From NCBI RefSeq assembly GCF_016835505.1, contig NC_053155.1:74532088-74596087 (forward strand): DNA of 64,000 bases, read 5' to 3'. This document shows positions 13,611 through 26,199 of the stretch, in pieces. How positions within the stretch are numbered: the stretch's first letter is position 1; every line of letters begins with the position of its first letter. Made by a program: the position numbers and the translations under genes. A model generated the notes under the pieces. It saw only the letters and a list, made by a program, of their open reading frames with translations, had not been told where the DNA came from and made no database searches. The stretch is from Polypterus senegalus. Its lineage: Eukaryota.

Positions 13611-14971
13611 CTTGAAATATTTTCAAGTCTTTTTGGTCTTTTGACATTTTTATTTGGTTCTTCTTGTTTTAGATTGTTATTATTGTTGTTATTAGTATTG
13701 CTGGGCAGTATAACCAAAATTCAACACGGTATTTTTCAAAATTATACTGGTTTCATGGTATTCGGCGGTATTTTTTTTCCCATGCATGAGTGGATGTTAA
13801 TCACATTTTTCACTGTAATTACTGCAGTAGACTGGCTAAGAATAACCTATTCCACTGTCATGATAATTATAAAAACATTTTAATGTGCACACAACTATTA
13901 AGACAGGTTTGTATGGCTCCATAAAGTGATAGTTTTCAAAGGGATGGCACTGATGAAAAGAAGGAATCGCATTGTATGACAGTTGCAGTCCAAATATATA
14001 ACCTTTTTATTGAACAAAGTCTGCAAACAACTTAAACTATAATTTTGACAACCTATTTTCAACCATCCAAAGAGGTATTTAGAGTTAGTAAAATATCCAG
14101 AGCTGCTTGTCAAAAGTTGTATTGCACGGAACATGTTTTAGAAAAGGAATAAATAGTAAATATTTTTTGTAAACCAACTACACTTTTTGTTATTGTTAAC
14201 AATCTATGTCCACTGACACATTAGCTGTCTGGATTGTAATGGCGTTGGTTGTCTTGATCCATCGCTTGCTTTTTTTGTCGTAGGCAGTACCTCTAGCAAA
14301 CGTGTCTACAAGTGACTCAAGTGTCCTCCAGCTTTTTCAGTTTAACCTAAGGACGTGGAGGGTGCCAATCTTAGTTCCATACATTCGTGGTACTCCAAAG
14401 CATGTTAAAGCGGCTAAAGTGGTGCAGTAAATTGCTTGTGTTGCCGCCTCCACCGACAACTTTAGCTCAACAGCATTTGCAGTAAATAGTTGTTTGGTTC
14501 ACACCCAACCTTTTCAAACCAAAGTATTTCCAGACAACAGACACGGCTCCTTTTTTTGGCAAAAGTTCTTCTGTGTCATCATGTTGAACTTTATCGTCTA
14601 CTACAGGTTCGGTTTTGGAATGCTCTCTGTCCATTTTCACTGCACAATACCTCCACTAACGCATGTACTCCGTTGCATGCATGTTTAGCAGTGTAGCAGT
14701 GAAAAAGGTCCCCTCTTAAACAGTTTACTGCTGCGCCACGTTCTGAACATTGTTTAGGCTATTTAAACTGGTGTTACGGTATAAGAAAACTCCATATCAT
14801 AACAAAAATAAAAAACGGTTTTCAGTATGATCCCGTATACCTCCCAGCACTAGTTATTAGTATTATTTCACTAGCAAAATACCCGCGCTTCGCAGCGGCG
14901 AAATACTGCCTTAAAATTTTTATTAAGAAGAAAATTAAACCTTTTTAAACTGTGGGAAAATATACCAATAA

Positions 14972-15163
14972 TTATTTGTTAAGGATCTCTTTGTATACCA
15001 CATTGTCAGTTCGGCCCTCCGGTTGTAATATGACCAAGCTGTGCACTGAGCTTACTCTTGAGCATGCAACGTACAGTTGGCCATGTGAAAAGTAATCTTG
15101 TCTCAAATCACACAGCTTGGATTGCTGAGTCATAATCAGTTTGAGTTTCATGGTTTGTTCCAA
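14972..15163 (-). pseudogene. Helitron Rep/Hel helicase C-terminal fragment (Pif1-like)
   Basis: - strand ORF ...MTQQSKLCDLRQDYFSHGQLYVACSRVSSVHSLVIL...NVVYKEILN. The GQLYVA(C/L)SRV and NVVY motifs are the conserved C-terminus of Pif1/Helitron helicases. Confidence 0.55.
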
Positions 15164-15515
15164 TTACGACAGTATTTGCAGGACTTGTGTTGAAGTGACA
15201 TTCGGCATCTGTCAAGCGTTGTAAGCATACAACCGGTTTCATCGATAACTTCACATCCAGCTTTTGAGAGTTTAAACATTCATAAACAAAGTGTCAACTA
15301 CTGAAATTGTCACCTGTGAATCTAAGATGTTTAAGAGGCATTGGCGGTTGTCAAAAGGAGTAAAATATTTGGCCATTTCGGTACACTTGAAAGCGACAAC
15401 CAAACAATTCAGCGGCAGCCATCACCTCACATGCAGAGCCATAGGTGAAGGGCTTAAACATTTCACTCTTATAGTACTCCTGTGTAGTATAATTATCTCC
15501 TGTACCGTCATCAGT

Positions 15516-15740
15516 CTACACCTTGAACCTGTCCCAGTCATTCAATACATAAGACACAATGTTCCTCCGGATATCAAGAGTGAGCCTGAAATGGCCGTGC
15601 AATATGTAACAAAGAGAATGGAAAAGACAGGCAGCATCTCCGGACATGGAAATCACTCGGTAAGTGACAGCTCTTTGATCGATGGTGATCACCTTGATAG
15701 ACATGTTAATGGGGGTACGGTTGGAACGATAAAGGAACAA
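15516..15740 (-). pseudogene. OTU-like cysteine protease domain fragment (Helitron-associated)
   Basis: - strand ORF ...VISMSGDAACLFHSLCYILHGHFRLTLDIRRNIVSYVLNDWDRF. The GD(G/A)xCLFH(S/A)L catalytic-Cys motif plus the downstream (I/L)Rxx(I/V)xxY...N pattern define the OTU family. OTU domains are known in some animal Helitron Rep/Hel proteins. Confidence 0.5.
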
Positions 15741-17523
15741 TGTAAAGTAAGTCTAAAATACCTACACAATAACTATAATCGTAATAAAAGAACAATAAAA
15801 CAGCGGAGAAGCCGTGGATTAAATAAAAAGGCTGTATTTATCAGTAGGGAGACGTGAATCCCGTGGCGAAGCAAGGAAGGGAATGTAGAGACCGGCGACG
15901 GACAGCCTTATATAGGCAGGCAGCCAACAACGTGGGAGGCGTTGGGATGGGGGACCCAACACCGCCCCTCACAGTGACCGAGCTGCAGGCTATGGACGTA
16001 TATATGTACGCAAGTAGGATTCAGTTAGCGTTGGGAACCCGCGTACCAAATTTCTTGAAGATGGGCCCATAAGTAACAAAGACTGTTGGAAAGTTCAATA
16101 TGGCAACCGACAGTGGCGTCATACCACCAAAATAAGTACGTACATTGGTTTCGGTTAGCGCAGGGAAGCTGCCTACCAAATTTTGTGAAGATGGGGCCAT
16201 AAATAAGAAAGTTCAACATGGTGGACGTTGTCGACCGTTATGACCGTTACATGTTTCGAATTGAAACCTGCTTAAAGTTTGTAAGTAAGCTGTAAGGAAT
16301 AAGCCTGCCAAATTTCAGCCTTCTACATACATGGGAAGTTGGAGAGTGAGTGAGTCAGTGAGGGCTTTGCCTTTTATTAGTATAGATTTATAGAAGCATT
16401 TCAAGGCACTCAGGGACACCTTACAAAACACATTAATAGTAATATTTACAATATAGAATAAATAAAAAAAATTACAGTTGAAATAAAACCAGTTCATTGT
16501 AATTAAATGTATCAACTAAAATTTATATCGAACAAATTAAGCAAGCTTAAAAAGCTGTGTTATAAGGTGAGATTTAAAGATATGAAGAAAGTCGTTGTTA
16601 TGGGGGTTTTAAGGGAGAGAATTCCAGAGAGTCTTGAGTTTTTGTTCTGTTTCTTGGTTTTGGAGATTTAGCTTTGGGATTTTGGTCCTGTCTTGATATC
16701 CAATGTGTTTTATTCACTTGTCTTTATTAAATAATAATAATATAATGCATTTTTTGTTATGTTTCTTTTGGGCTAAGGTTTATGGTTCCTTTCTCATATG
16801 TGTAGACCTAAGCCTTGTTTTGAGTTTTTTTGTAGGCTTGTTTGAAGTTGTGGATTCTGAATCATAACAATGCCCATATTACTTAACCACTGATATGAAG
16901 TGGAGTGCTAGTTTTCCTTTCACTTCTAACCATGGAAATCTTATACCTAAAATTGAATACAGTTAGAAAAGAAAGCCAATTCTGGGATTATTGTCTATAT
17001 TTGCACATTTTCTGCCTTTGGGCAGTGAGGCTTTGACAGCAGGTTATAAACTTTTAGAAATAGCTTTGTAACATTTCTAGATTGCTAGATGTTTAGTTTT
17101 TTTCTTGGCCTGTGATTTGTCAGGTTTAATAGAATGTTAAGACCCCAAATATTTTGGATACACATATTTGGCAAGATTGCTTTTTTTTTTTTTTTTGCAA
17201 TAGTGTACCTTAATAATTTCTTTTAACTTATTTACTTCACAGCAGGTTGAATGAAGTACAAAAAATATTGTCATGCTGGATCTCTGTATGTTTGCTTGAC
17301 TAATTTGCACATCATACAGATTAAAGAAACAATCTTAGCATTCTTTTCCTCCTTTCACTCAGTTTATATTGATTATCAAACCATTTAAAACATCTGAAAA
17401 AATTAACGTAAACTTAGCTTGGTAGGCTGCCAAATTGCATTACACACATCTGCTTAATGTTTTAATGGTATTAATATTTAAACAGTCATTATGGATTTTT
17501 TTCCTTTTTTTCTGTTATTACAG

Positions 17524-17662
17524 GTGCTCCTTGTCTCGCTCAATATAGTGATGGGAAATACTACTTTAGAGCTGAGATGATAAAAGTTTTGAATCTCAGC
17601 CCAGTAAAGGTTCTAGTTAAACATGTTGACTATGGTTCTTCTGCAATCTTGATCACCAGCAG
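17524..17662 (+). CDS. rnf17: rnf17-like exon (Tudor domain core)
   Basis: Acceptor tgttattacag and donor gtatag. Phase 1 to 2. Encodes (G)APCLAQYSDGKYYFRAEMIKVLNLSPVKVLVKHVDYGSSAILITS(R). The C.A.YS.DG.(W/Y)YRA....V.....V.(F/H)(I/V)DYG...(V/I)L pattern is the canonical Tudor core. Confidence 0.7.
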
Positions 17663-18257
17663 GTATAGAAGAGCATCCTGTTTTGTTTCATACTTTTATA
17701 TCATTGTTAAGATGATGTACAGTATATTTGGTGCTAATCATATTTATACATTTTTTCTCACAGAATATAAACTAGACATGTTTTTCTTTTAATTACAACG
17801 CACATTGTTCTAGATTTTGATTGTTGATTTTTGTAAACTTAAAATTTTAGAGTTTTCCAAAAATATTAATTTATCAGTTATTTTTTAAATGCAATTTATA
17901 TTTTATCTGTACATGCCCAAACCATTTAACATGGTTGAGTGTACATATCTAAATTATAATTAACCCATTTATGCCTAAGGAGTTTGTGCATGAAATTCAC
18001 ATATGTTGCGTAGAAAAATATAAGGAATAAGAATTTAAAGAGAAAAAAAAATGATTACATTCCATTGTGGAGTTATGTGGCGTTCCAAAATTGGAAAACT
18101 AGGCAAATCCACTTCTTACATTATGCATAACATATAAAATTACCTGATTGTCGTTCCAGTAATGGAACACGAGGCATTAATGGGTTAAATACTTAAGCAC
18201 TTTCAGTTAATATATGGTAGAAAATCATGCACCTTTTATGTTACATTTATTTTTCAG

Positions 18258-18447
18258 ACTTCGGCAAATCCCAGCTGAGCTTATGAAATACCCACGTCAG
18301 GCAGTCAAGGTAATATTGGGAGGATTTAAGCCTCTTCAAAATGATCTTGAATCTGAAAGAATTCTTTACAAGCCTGAATGGAGTATGAAAGCACTGTGGG
18401 CTATGATGGATTTATTGCAGAGTAAAACATTGCAAGCTCAGATTGTG
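18258..18447 (+). CDS. rnf17: rnf17-like exon (Tudor domain, C-terminal extension)
   Basis: Acceptor atttatttttcag and donor gtaggt. Phase 2 to 0. Encodes (R)[63 protein letters not shown]. This is the extended-Tudor pattern L..LP.....P.QA..C.L.G.KP....W.... Confidence 0.65.
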
Positions 18448-19984
18448 GTAGGTTTTCAAAGGGTAACTTTTTGATTTATTGTTTATGCTAATTATAGATT
18501 ATAACTTACTTTCATTGATTTAAATTAGTCATTTGTATTTTCTATGAATAAACAAACTTACACTTGCAAATTATTTTCACTAATGTGAGTGACAGATTTT
18601 AAATACCTAAATAATTAAAATTCTCAAATTATCTTAATCCAGTTTAGAGTTGATGGGGGCTGAGGCCTATTGCAGCAGCATCTCAAAACAAATTATGACC
18701 CAGCCCTAATAAATTGTGATATGAAGCAAAGCATGATTTTATAACCAGAAAAGTACTTTTGATTCAAAGTAATACAATGCAAGACACTTGACCATAATTC
18801 ACACCTAGGGAAAATCTGCCATAAAAATAAGGGCTATTTAAAATAAGTATTTAAACCACAATTTTAATGGGGAACATTTCAAAGGCATTACCAAATATGG
18901 TGGTTGTGCATTCATCTGAATGGCATCGTAAGCTATATAAACAAAGCTCAGTAGACAAACAGAATGGATACAAGTAGCCACACCTCTTTGTGAAATGGCA
19001 GTTGAGATGTAGAGAAGCTGCTGCCTAGACTAAACTGCTCAGCTGTGCAGACCACACACAGAACCCAATCAGCTGAAAGCAGTTTTGATCTGATTGGCAG
19101 CTATTTCTAGTCTGACGAGTCACCTGTGGAATTGTTGGTCACCAGCTGCGAACCTGCAACATTTTCTTTTCAAAGACATGCTCAGATATAGCTTCTTATT
19201 GCTTTGAACCAACAAGATTTTTTTTCTGCTGCTGTGCACAAGAGCATCTTTGATGTTTCTGCAAACATTGCACTTCCTAGTGATGTCAGCTAAGCACCCA
19301 GTCAGCTTCCACTCTGTGTACCACATCACTGGACTACCCATAGTGCAAATGCTTTTTGGAAATCAGTTTTTCCATTCTAGTATTCCCCTGTGGGATCACA
19401 GATCTCCATCCACAAATATATAATGTTTGGATTACAAAAACACTCTCAGAAACAGTAAGGTAGCTACAGCTATGCTGAGCACACAGAAGCCAAAAACTGG
19501 AACATGGGATGGTGTGGCTGGTTGAGAACACAGGACAAGTTGGTTATCTGTACCAAACATCAGGAAATGGTTTTCAGTAACCAGTCTTTCAGGTAGCTGG
19601 ATGACTGGTGGTCAATAACTACAGTAGCTTATCCCCACCTTTTATGGATTGTTGCAGTCTTTGATTTTTCACAGAGGTTCCATAGAGTCATTTCCTCTGT
19701 TCCTGAATAATATTGATCTTCACAGGGTAGCAGTGGGGTATTGGTACTAGTGGCATAGGAGGGGATGGAGGGGTCATCTTTTAATTGCATACATGTTTTT
19801 TCTGTATTTTTTCCACTTATTTTCCTAATAAAATATTGCCTAAAAATGGAAAATGTGTATTAAACAGTCAAACCCTATTGGAGAGTTCGTCACTGGATAG
19901 ACAAAATAAGGACAACGTATTTGGCGGGAGGGGTGTTTGAAACCCCCTAGACTCAATTAGACACAGTTCTCCCTTGCCTCAATT

Positions 19985-20944
19985 GAGGTCAGTGTTCACG
20001 ACTCCACCATAAGAAAGAGACTGGGCAAAAACGGCCTGCCTGGCAGATTTCCAAGACGCAAACCACTGTTAAGCAAAAAGAACATTAGGGCTCATCTCAA
20101 TTTTGCTAAGAAACATCTCAATGATTGCCAAGACTTTTGGGAAAATACCTTGTGGACTGATGAGACAAAAGTTGAACTTTTTAGAAGGCAAATGTCCCGT
20201 TACATCTGGCGTAAAAGGAACACAGCATTTCAGAAAAAGAACATCATACCAACAGTAAAACATGGTGGTGGTAGTGTGATGGTCTGGGGTTGTTTTGCTG
20301 CTTCAGGACCTGGAAGGCTTGCTGTGATAGATGGAACCATGAATTCTACTGTCTACCAAAAAATCCAGAAGGAGAATGTCCAGCCATCTGTTCGTCAACT
20401 CAAGCTGAAGCGATCTTGGGTGCTGCAACAGGACAATGACCCAAAACATACCAGCAAATCCACCTCTGAATGGCTGAAGAAAAACAAAATGAAGACTTTG
20501 GAGTGGCGTAGTCAAAGTCCTGACCTGAATCCAATTGAGATGCTATGGCATGACCTTAAAAAGGCGGTTCATGCTAGAAAACCCTCAAATAAAGCTGAAT
20601 TACAACAATTCTGCAAAGATGAGTGGGCCAAAATTCCTCCAGAGCGCTGTAAAAGACTCATTGCAAGTTATTGCAAACGCTTGATTGCAGTTATTGCTGC
20701 TAAGGGTGGCCCAACCAGTTATTAGGTTCAGGGGGCAATTACTTTTTCACACAGGGCCATGTAGGTTTGGATTTTTTTTTCTCCCTAAATAATAAAAACC
20801 ATCATTTAAAAACTGCATTTTGTGTTTACTTGCGTTATATTTGACTAATGGTTAAATGTGTTTGATGATCAGAAGCATTTTGTGTGACAAACATGCAAAA
20901 GAATAAGAAATCAGGAAGGGGGCAAATAGTTTTTCACACCACTG
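19985..20944 (+). mobile_element. Tc1-like transposon, 5'-truncated (DD34E-type transposase C-terminal two thirds plus 3' terminal inverted repeat)
   Basis: Translation reads ...RKPLLSKKNIRAHLNFAKKHL...LWTDETKVELF...VKHGGGSVMVWGCF...LQQDNDPKHTSKSTSEWLKKNKMKTLEWRSQSPDLNPIEMLW...AAKGGPTSY*. The 3' terminal inverted repeat is ggaagggggcaaatagtttttcacaccactg followed by TA (reverse complement tacagtggtgtgaaaaactatttgcccccttcc). The N-terminal DNA-binding region is missing. Confidence 0.75.
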
Positions 20945-20946
20945 TA

Positions 20947-22372
20947 AGTATTCACAGCCTTTGCCATGAAGCTCAGAATTGAGCTCAGGTGCATCTTGTT
21001 TCCCCTGATCATCCTTGAGATGTTTCTGCAGCTTAACTGGAGTCCACCTGTGGTAAATTCAGTTGATTGGACATGATTTGGAAAGGCACACGCCTGTCTA
21101 TATAAGGTCCCACAGTTGACAGTTCATGTCAGAGCACAAACCAAGTATGAAGTCAAAGGAATTGTCTGTAGACCTCTCAAGACCGGATTGTCTCGAATCT
21201 GGGGGAGGTTACAGAAAAATTTCTGCTGCTTTGAAGGTCCCAATGAGCACAGTGGCCTCCATCATCTGTAAGTGGATGAAGTTCGAAACCACCAGGACTC
21301 TTCCTAGAGCTGGCCGGCCATCTAAACTGAGCGATCTGGGGAGAGGGGCCTTAGTCAGGGAGGTGACCAAGAACCTGATGGTCACTCTGTCAGAGCTCCA
21401 GAGGTCCTCTGTGGAGAGAGGAGAACCTTCCAGAAGGACAACCATCTCTGCAGCAATCCACCAATCAGGCCCGTATGGTAGAGTGGCCAGACGGAAGCCA
21501 CTCCTTAGTAAAAGGCACATGGCAGCCCGCCTGGAGTTTGTCAAAAGGCACCTGAAGGACTCTCAGACCATGAGAAACAAAATTCTCTGGTCTGATGAGA
21601 CAAAGATTGAACACTTTGGTGTGAATGCCAGGCATCACGTTTGGAGGAAACCAGGCACCATCCCTACAGAGAAGCATGGTGGTGGCAGCATTATGCTGTG
21701 GGGATGTTTTTCAGCAGCAGGAACTGGGAGACTAGTCAGGATAAAGGGAAATATGACTGCAGCAATGTACAGAGACATCCTGGATGAAAACCTGCTCCAG
21801 AGCGCTCTTGACCTCAGACTGGGGCGACGGTTCATCTTTCAGCAGGTCAACGACCCTAAGCACACAACCAAGATGTCAAAGGAGTGGCTTCAGGACAACT
21901 CTGTGAATGTCCTTGAGTGGCCCAGCCAGAGCCCAGACTTGAATCCGATTGAACATCTCTGGAGAGATCTTAAAATGGCTGTGCACCGACGCTTCCCATC
22001 CAACCTGATGGAGCTTGAGAGATGCTGCAAAGAGGAATGAGTGAAACTGGCCAAGGATAGGTGTGCCAAGCTTGTGGCATCATATTCAAAAAGACTTGAG
22101 GCTGTAATTGCTGCCAAAGGTGTATCAACAAAGTATTGAGCAAAGGCTGTGAATACTTATGTACATGTGATTTCTCAGTTTTTTTTATTTTGAATAAATT
22201 TGCAAAAAAAATCAAGTAAACTTTTTTCACATTGTCATTATGGGGTGTTGTGTGTAGAATTCTGAGGGAAAAAATGAATTTAATCCATTTTGGAATAAGG
22301 CTATAACATAACAAAATGTGGAAAAAGTGATGCGCTGTGAATGCTTTCTGGATACACTGTAGATGGGCATTG
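20947..22372 (+). mobile_element. Tc1-like transposon (fish Tc1 family), near full length with a truncated 5' terminal inverted repeat; transposase disabled
   Basis: The 5' leader ...ctgtctatataaggtcccacagttgacagttcatgtcagagcacaaaccaagtATG is typical of fish Tc1. The ORF 21126-22040 (304 aa) is followed by a stop, then a further ~35 aa (...KLVASYSKRLEAVIAAKGVSTKY). The conserved QQDNDPKH reads QQVNDPKH: GAC to GTC replaces the second catalytic Asp with Val. The 3' end is ...gctgtgaatgctttctggatacactgTA. The 5' end begins agtattcacagcc, so about 15 bp of terminal inverted repeat are missing. Confidence 0.8.
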
Positions 22373-22439
22373 CATAACAGGAACAAGACTCGGCAGGATA
22401 CAAGTACTAAACAGGTGTGGATCAGTGAGACACCGGTAG

Positions 22440-22905
22440 CTTAAAGGAACAAAAAAAAAAATTCATGCTACTGAAAAATGGCCACCTAAGAACAAAACCC
22501 TAAAAACCCTGATTTAGGCTTTTCCTGAAAATCTTCATTGGTCTACAATTCTTGGTCCCTAACAATATTAGCAAAACTAAAACCTAGGGTACTGTGGTGC
22601 AGAGTCTTCCAAGTTTCTACAGTAAGAGAAACTGTACTCCACATGTTTTATTTTAACACTGTAAAAGTAAAAATCATAACCAGAGAGAGTTATTACAACC
22701 CAATGACTGCTTTGTTTGAGTCAATCAAGGAGAAAAGACGAGGAAAACTGAAAGCAGGCGTGCTGCTTCTTCACGACAATGCAGCGGTTGACATGTCACA
22801 TCAATTACAGGCTACCATCGGTGAATGTGGGTTTTAGCAGCTGAACCATCCACCCTATAATCCTGACCTGGCTCCCTCAGATTATTTCAAGTGATGAAGA
22901 TGTTG
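22440..22905 (+). mobile_element. mariner (DD34D-type) transposase C-terminal fragment
   Basis: ORF ...ITRESYYNPMTALFESIKEKRRGKLKAGVLLLHDNAAVDMSHQLQATIGECGF*QLNHPPYNPDLAPSDYFK contains the classic mariner motifs LLHDNA...H and HPPYSPDLAPSDY(F/H). It directly abuts the 3' end of the Tc1 at 22372. Confidence 0.6.
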
Positions 22906-23769
22906 TTGACGCGGGTTCAAAGAGAGAAGACAGCAGAGGATAGACAGTGTTTGTTGAATCAATACATACCTTTATTCTTTATGATTCTTGATGAGTAGAG
23001 AGACATCGCAGCGCCTGTCAGTTCAGGACTCAGCGCCAGCAGAATCTCTCGTTCCTCTTTTCTTACAGCCTTTATAAGTCAGCTGTCACGTACACATCAT
23101 GCCAACACCCTGAGTAACAGACATATAGCTTAGATAAGGCATCACTTCTAGCTTAAAATTTAAGCAAGCATTTTTGATTAGTAATGAGTCACAAGACTCT
23201 TCCTTAAAGCGTGCATTTTTAAAGATTATATTATGGGTGAACTTTATATGTGAAGAAGTAATTTGTCATCTTTGTGATTAGGCCGACTTCCCTTTATCTT
23301 TTGTGACATGCTGTTCTTGTTTTCTGCGTACTGGCTTATTTGCATGTTCAAGGGTGCAACTGGCATTAAAGGAATGTTACACCCAAGAATTTAGGGAACA
23401 GGATAAGAGAAAGAAATTATACTGTCTTTTAAACTACATCTTTGTTCATAATAATTTCTTTTTTCCACAATGTCAAGGCAGCTGTGATGTCCTGGTTTGA
23501 AGGTCAAACACAAGATTTTTTTCCCAAAGGGTTTGTCATTGCATGAAAAGTGGATGAACTGTGTGGAACTATCAGTGGACTATATTAAAAAAATAAAACA
23601 AAATTTTTTTTTTTAAAACTCTTTTCTTTCCTATGAGGTAGATAAATTACTTAATGCCGCTTGTAATATTACCCCACTAGGACTACTTATGCATAAGTAA
23701 AATATGTTTTGGTGCATTATTTGAATGATAGGGTTTATTAATTATGTGTGCAAATTGTCTGTTTTGTAG

Positions 23770-23862
23770 TCACAGGATGAAAAAGTTACAGTACACTTGT
23801 TTGAAAATGGAAGTCTCATTCATGAAACGTTTGTCAAAAATGGTTACGCAGAATATATTTAG
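23770..23862 (+). CDS. rnf17: rnf17-like terminal coding exon (Tudor domain C-terminus, then stop)
   Basis: Acceptor gttttgtag. Phase 0, in frame with the previous exon. Encodes SQDEKVTVHLFENGSLIHETFVKNGYAEYI* (TAG at 23860-23862). V.L.D......N..LV..G.A is the usual Tudor C-terminal pattern. A consensus donor CAG|gtaagt sits 10 nt after the stop (23872/23873). Confidence 0.55.
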   Translation, partial: SQDEKVTVHLFENGSLIHETFVKNGYAEYI

Positions 23863-24289
23863 TGTTTGCAGGTAAGTAGGTCTTGTCTTTCTTTCTTTGA
23901 TTGTTAAATGTTGTATATAAAGCACATACAGAAGGTCATTAGTCAATATTTTTAACTTCAAATCAGTACTTTATTTCTTCCAAGTTATGATCCAAATCCT
24001 TTATTCTGAACTTAAAATGTATTGTATGTTTGTGTGTGAATTTTTTTTTGTTTATTTTAAGGTGCTTTCATTGTATTTAAATATCCAATATGCTACATAA
24101 AGTAAATATTGGATTGAATTGCTAATGCTGCCAACATTAGCATTTTAACACAGCTTCTCACAGCACTATCCTAACATTCAGCGTTTCAGAAAATTTGAAC
24201 AGCCACACTAAATGTGCTTTATTTTAGCAGAGTATCCATCAATTTACAATAGGACTGTTTCTGTATATTACCAAAGTGGTCACAAATAA

Positions 24290-24660
24290 TAATGTCACGC
24301 CGCACTGAAGTAGTAATTCATGCAAAAGGAGCCCCGACCAAGTGTTGAGTGCATACATGGACGTACTTTTCAATAGGCCAACATTTCTGCATTAAAAATC
24401 AATTTGTAATATGTAATATTGTAATATGTAACCACTTATGTTATATTCTAATTTTCTAAGATGCTGAATTTTGAGTTTTCATTACCTGTAGGCCATAATC
24501 AGCAAAAAGAAAAGAAGTAAACTCTTGAAATATATCACTCTGTGTGTAATGAATCTATATAATATATGACTTTCACTTTTTGAATTGAACTACTGAAATA
24601 ACTTTTCGATGAAATTCCAATTTATTGAGATGTACCTGTATACTGTAAAATCATATCTTA
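24290..24660 (+). mobile_element. possible Tc1-like 3'-terminal fragment
   Basis: gcaaaaggagccccgaccaagtgttgagtgc reads AKGAPTKC*, resembling the ...AAKGGxTKY* Tc1 transposase C-terminus. The fragment ends ...cctgtatactgTA. The call is weak. Confidence 0.25.
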
Positions 24661-26199
24661 GTTTGATTTTAGATAGATATTTTATTAATCCCAAGGGGAA
24701 ATTCACATACTCCAGCAGCAGCATACTGATAAAGAACAATATTAAATTAAAGAGTGATAACAATGAAGGTATAACAGGCAGACAATAATTTTGTATAATA
24801 TTAACGTTTACCCACCCCCGACCCCGGGGGGAATTGGACAGTGACAGCAGTCTGTTGGGGACTGTAATTTAAGCCTACATGTTACATGATACTGATAGTA
24901 TTAAATGGCTCTTTTCTATTTTAAACATATTTCTTCCAAAACAGATTTCTGACATTCAAACATTTTTGTAAATCTGTGTTACAAATACATAGTAAAGTGC
25001 TCTGATTTGGTACATGATAATATCAATTCAGAACCTTTAGACATCCAAGAAGTCATGTCTTAAATGACAAGAAATTGTCCAGATCATTTGGTTTCCTCTG
25101 TGACCCCTCAGTAGGATCAGCAGAGTAACATAAATTAAAATATTATTTAGTTTATATTCTATGTAGCCTTAAATTTTAATTTTTAAAGTGCTCTAAATTT
25201 TTGCAATAAGTCTCTTATCCATCCTGTTAAGTTTTATATTTATGGTAAAACATGCATTTTGGTGTTGTGCCCGCTTAGTGGCATTCACGTTTCTGTTTTT
25301 ATAATAGAATAAACAACACACTGGATCTTCTTGTTGTCAATTCCATGTGCACTTGAGTTACTACTCCGTTTAGGCATCACCCTCACTGGCACTCAAAGTA
25401 CAAAAAGTATCATGAAAAACTCGACTCTAAGACTAAATAAAAAAGCAAGACAATAACCTTAACAGATCTAAAAAATGAAACATTAAAAAAGAAGTGATAT
25501 AAAGACATAAACTGTTGATTAAAGTAAATAATAATCGATAGAGTAGAAAGTATAAATATTGTCTCTGAATATTGGCTGAGGAACAGAACAGACTGTGTAT
25601 GGTAAGCCAAACTAACAGAAATAATAAGAGTATAGAATCTGGCCCCAGAAACACATGCCTTTCTGACAATGGATAGGAAAATGTTGTTCATTAATTAAAA
25701 CATACTGAGGCTCTCCACACCCTGCCAGATGTTTTGCTATATTCCATTTTCATTTTTTACTGATATTTGCTCTGTTTTGTAGTTAAGTATATGGTTTGTG
25801 CCAAGACTAATACCTAAAATAAATTGGTTTAGAGAGATGAGCCTTGGTCAGTTTAAAAATATTATTCACTAGCAAAATACCAAGGCCATGGAGAAGTAGT
25901 GTGTTAAAGAAGTTATGAAAAAGAAAAAGAAACATTTTAAAAATAACGTAACATGATTGTCAATGTAATTGTTTTGTCACTGTTATGAGTGTTGCTGTCA
26001 TCAAGGATTTGATTATCATTATTTCTTTCAGTCAGGTTCATATTCGGAGGATGTGTTGTATTCATATTCAAGTTATATTCCGTGTTTGTCAACCGTTGTA
26101 AAGATAACAGGTTTCATTCATCGAAGTGAGCAATACCCAAATCGGTACTCGTGAATCTAAGATGTTTAACAGGCATTCCCGGTATTAAGTTGTGGATTT

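Larger units (their letters stand above)
14871..16386 (-). mobile_element. non-autonomous Helitron-like element, copy A, carrying helicase C-terminal and OTU fragments
   Basis: On the - strand the element starts TCTATACTAATAAAAGG and ends ...GGTATTTTGCTAG. The host shows A before TC (plus-strand t at 16387) and T after CTAG (plus-strand a at 14870), the canonical Helitron A|TC...CTAG|T insertion signature. A GC-rich imperfect hairpin (cgcgcttcgcagcggcg) lies ~10 nt inside the 3' end. Internal Pif1-like helicase C-terminus and OTU motifs are present. Both termini and ~1 kb of sequence are shared with copy B (25869-27249). Confidence 0.55.

Noticed and set aside
15291-15857. 188-aa ORF on the + strand inside Helitron-like copy A
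   Set aside because: It is exactly antisense to the OTU-domain fragment and has no domain signature.
18306-18312. AAG|gtaata at 18307-18312 as the donor ending the fourth rnf17-like exon
   Set aside because: The reading frame continues without stops and keeps matching the Tudor C-terminal extension ([12 protein letters not shown]...) up to the stronger donor GTG|gtaggt at 18447/18448. That donor leaves phase 0, matching the next exon.
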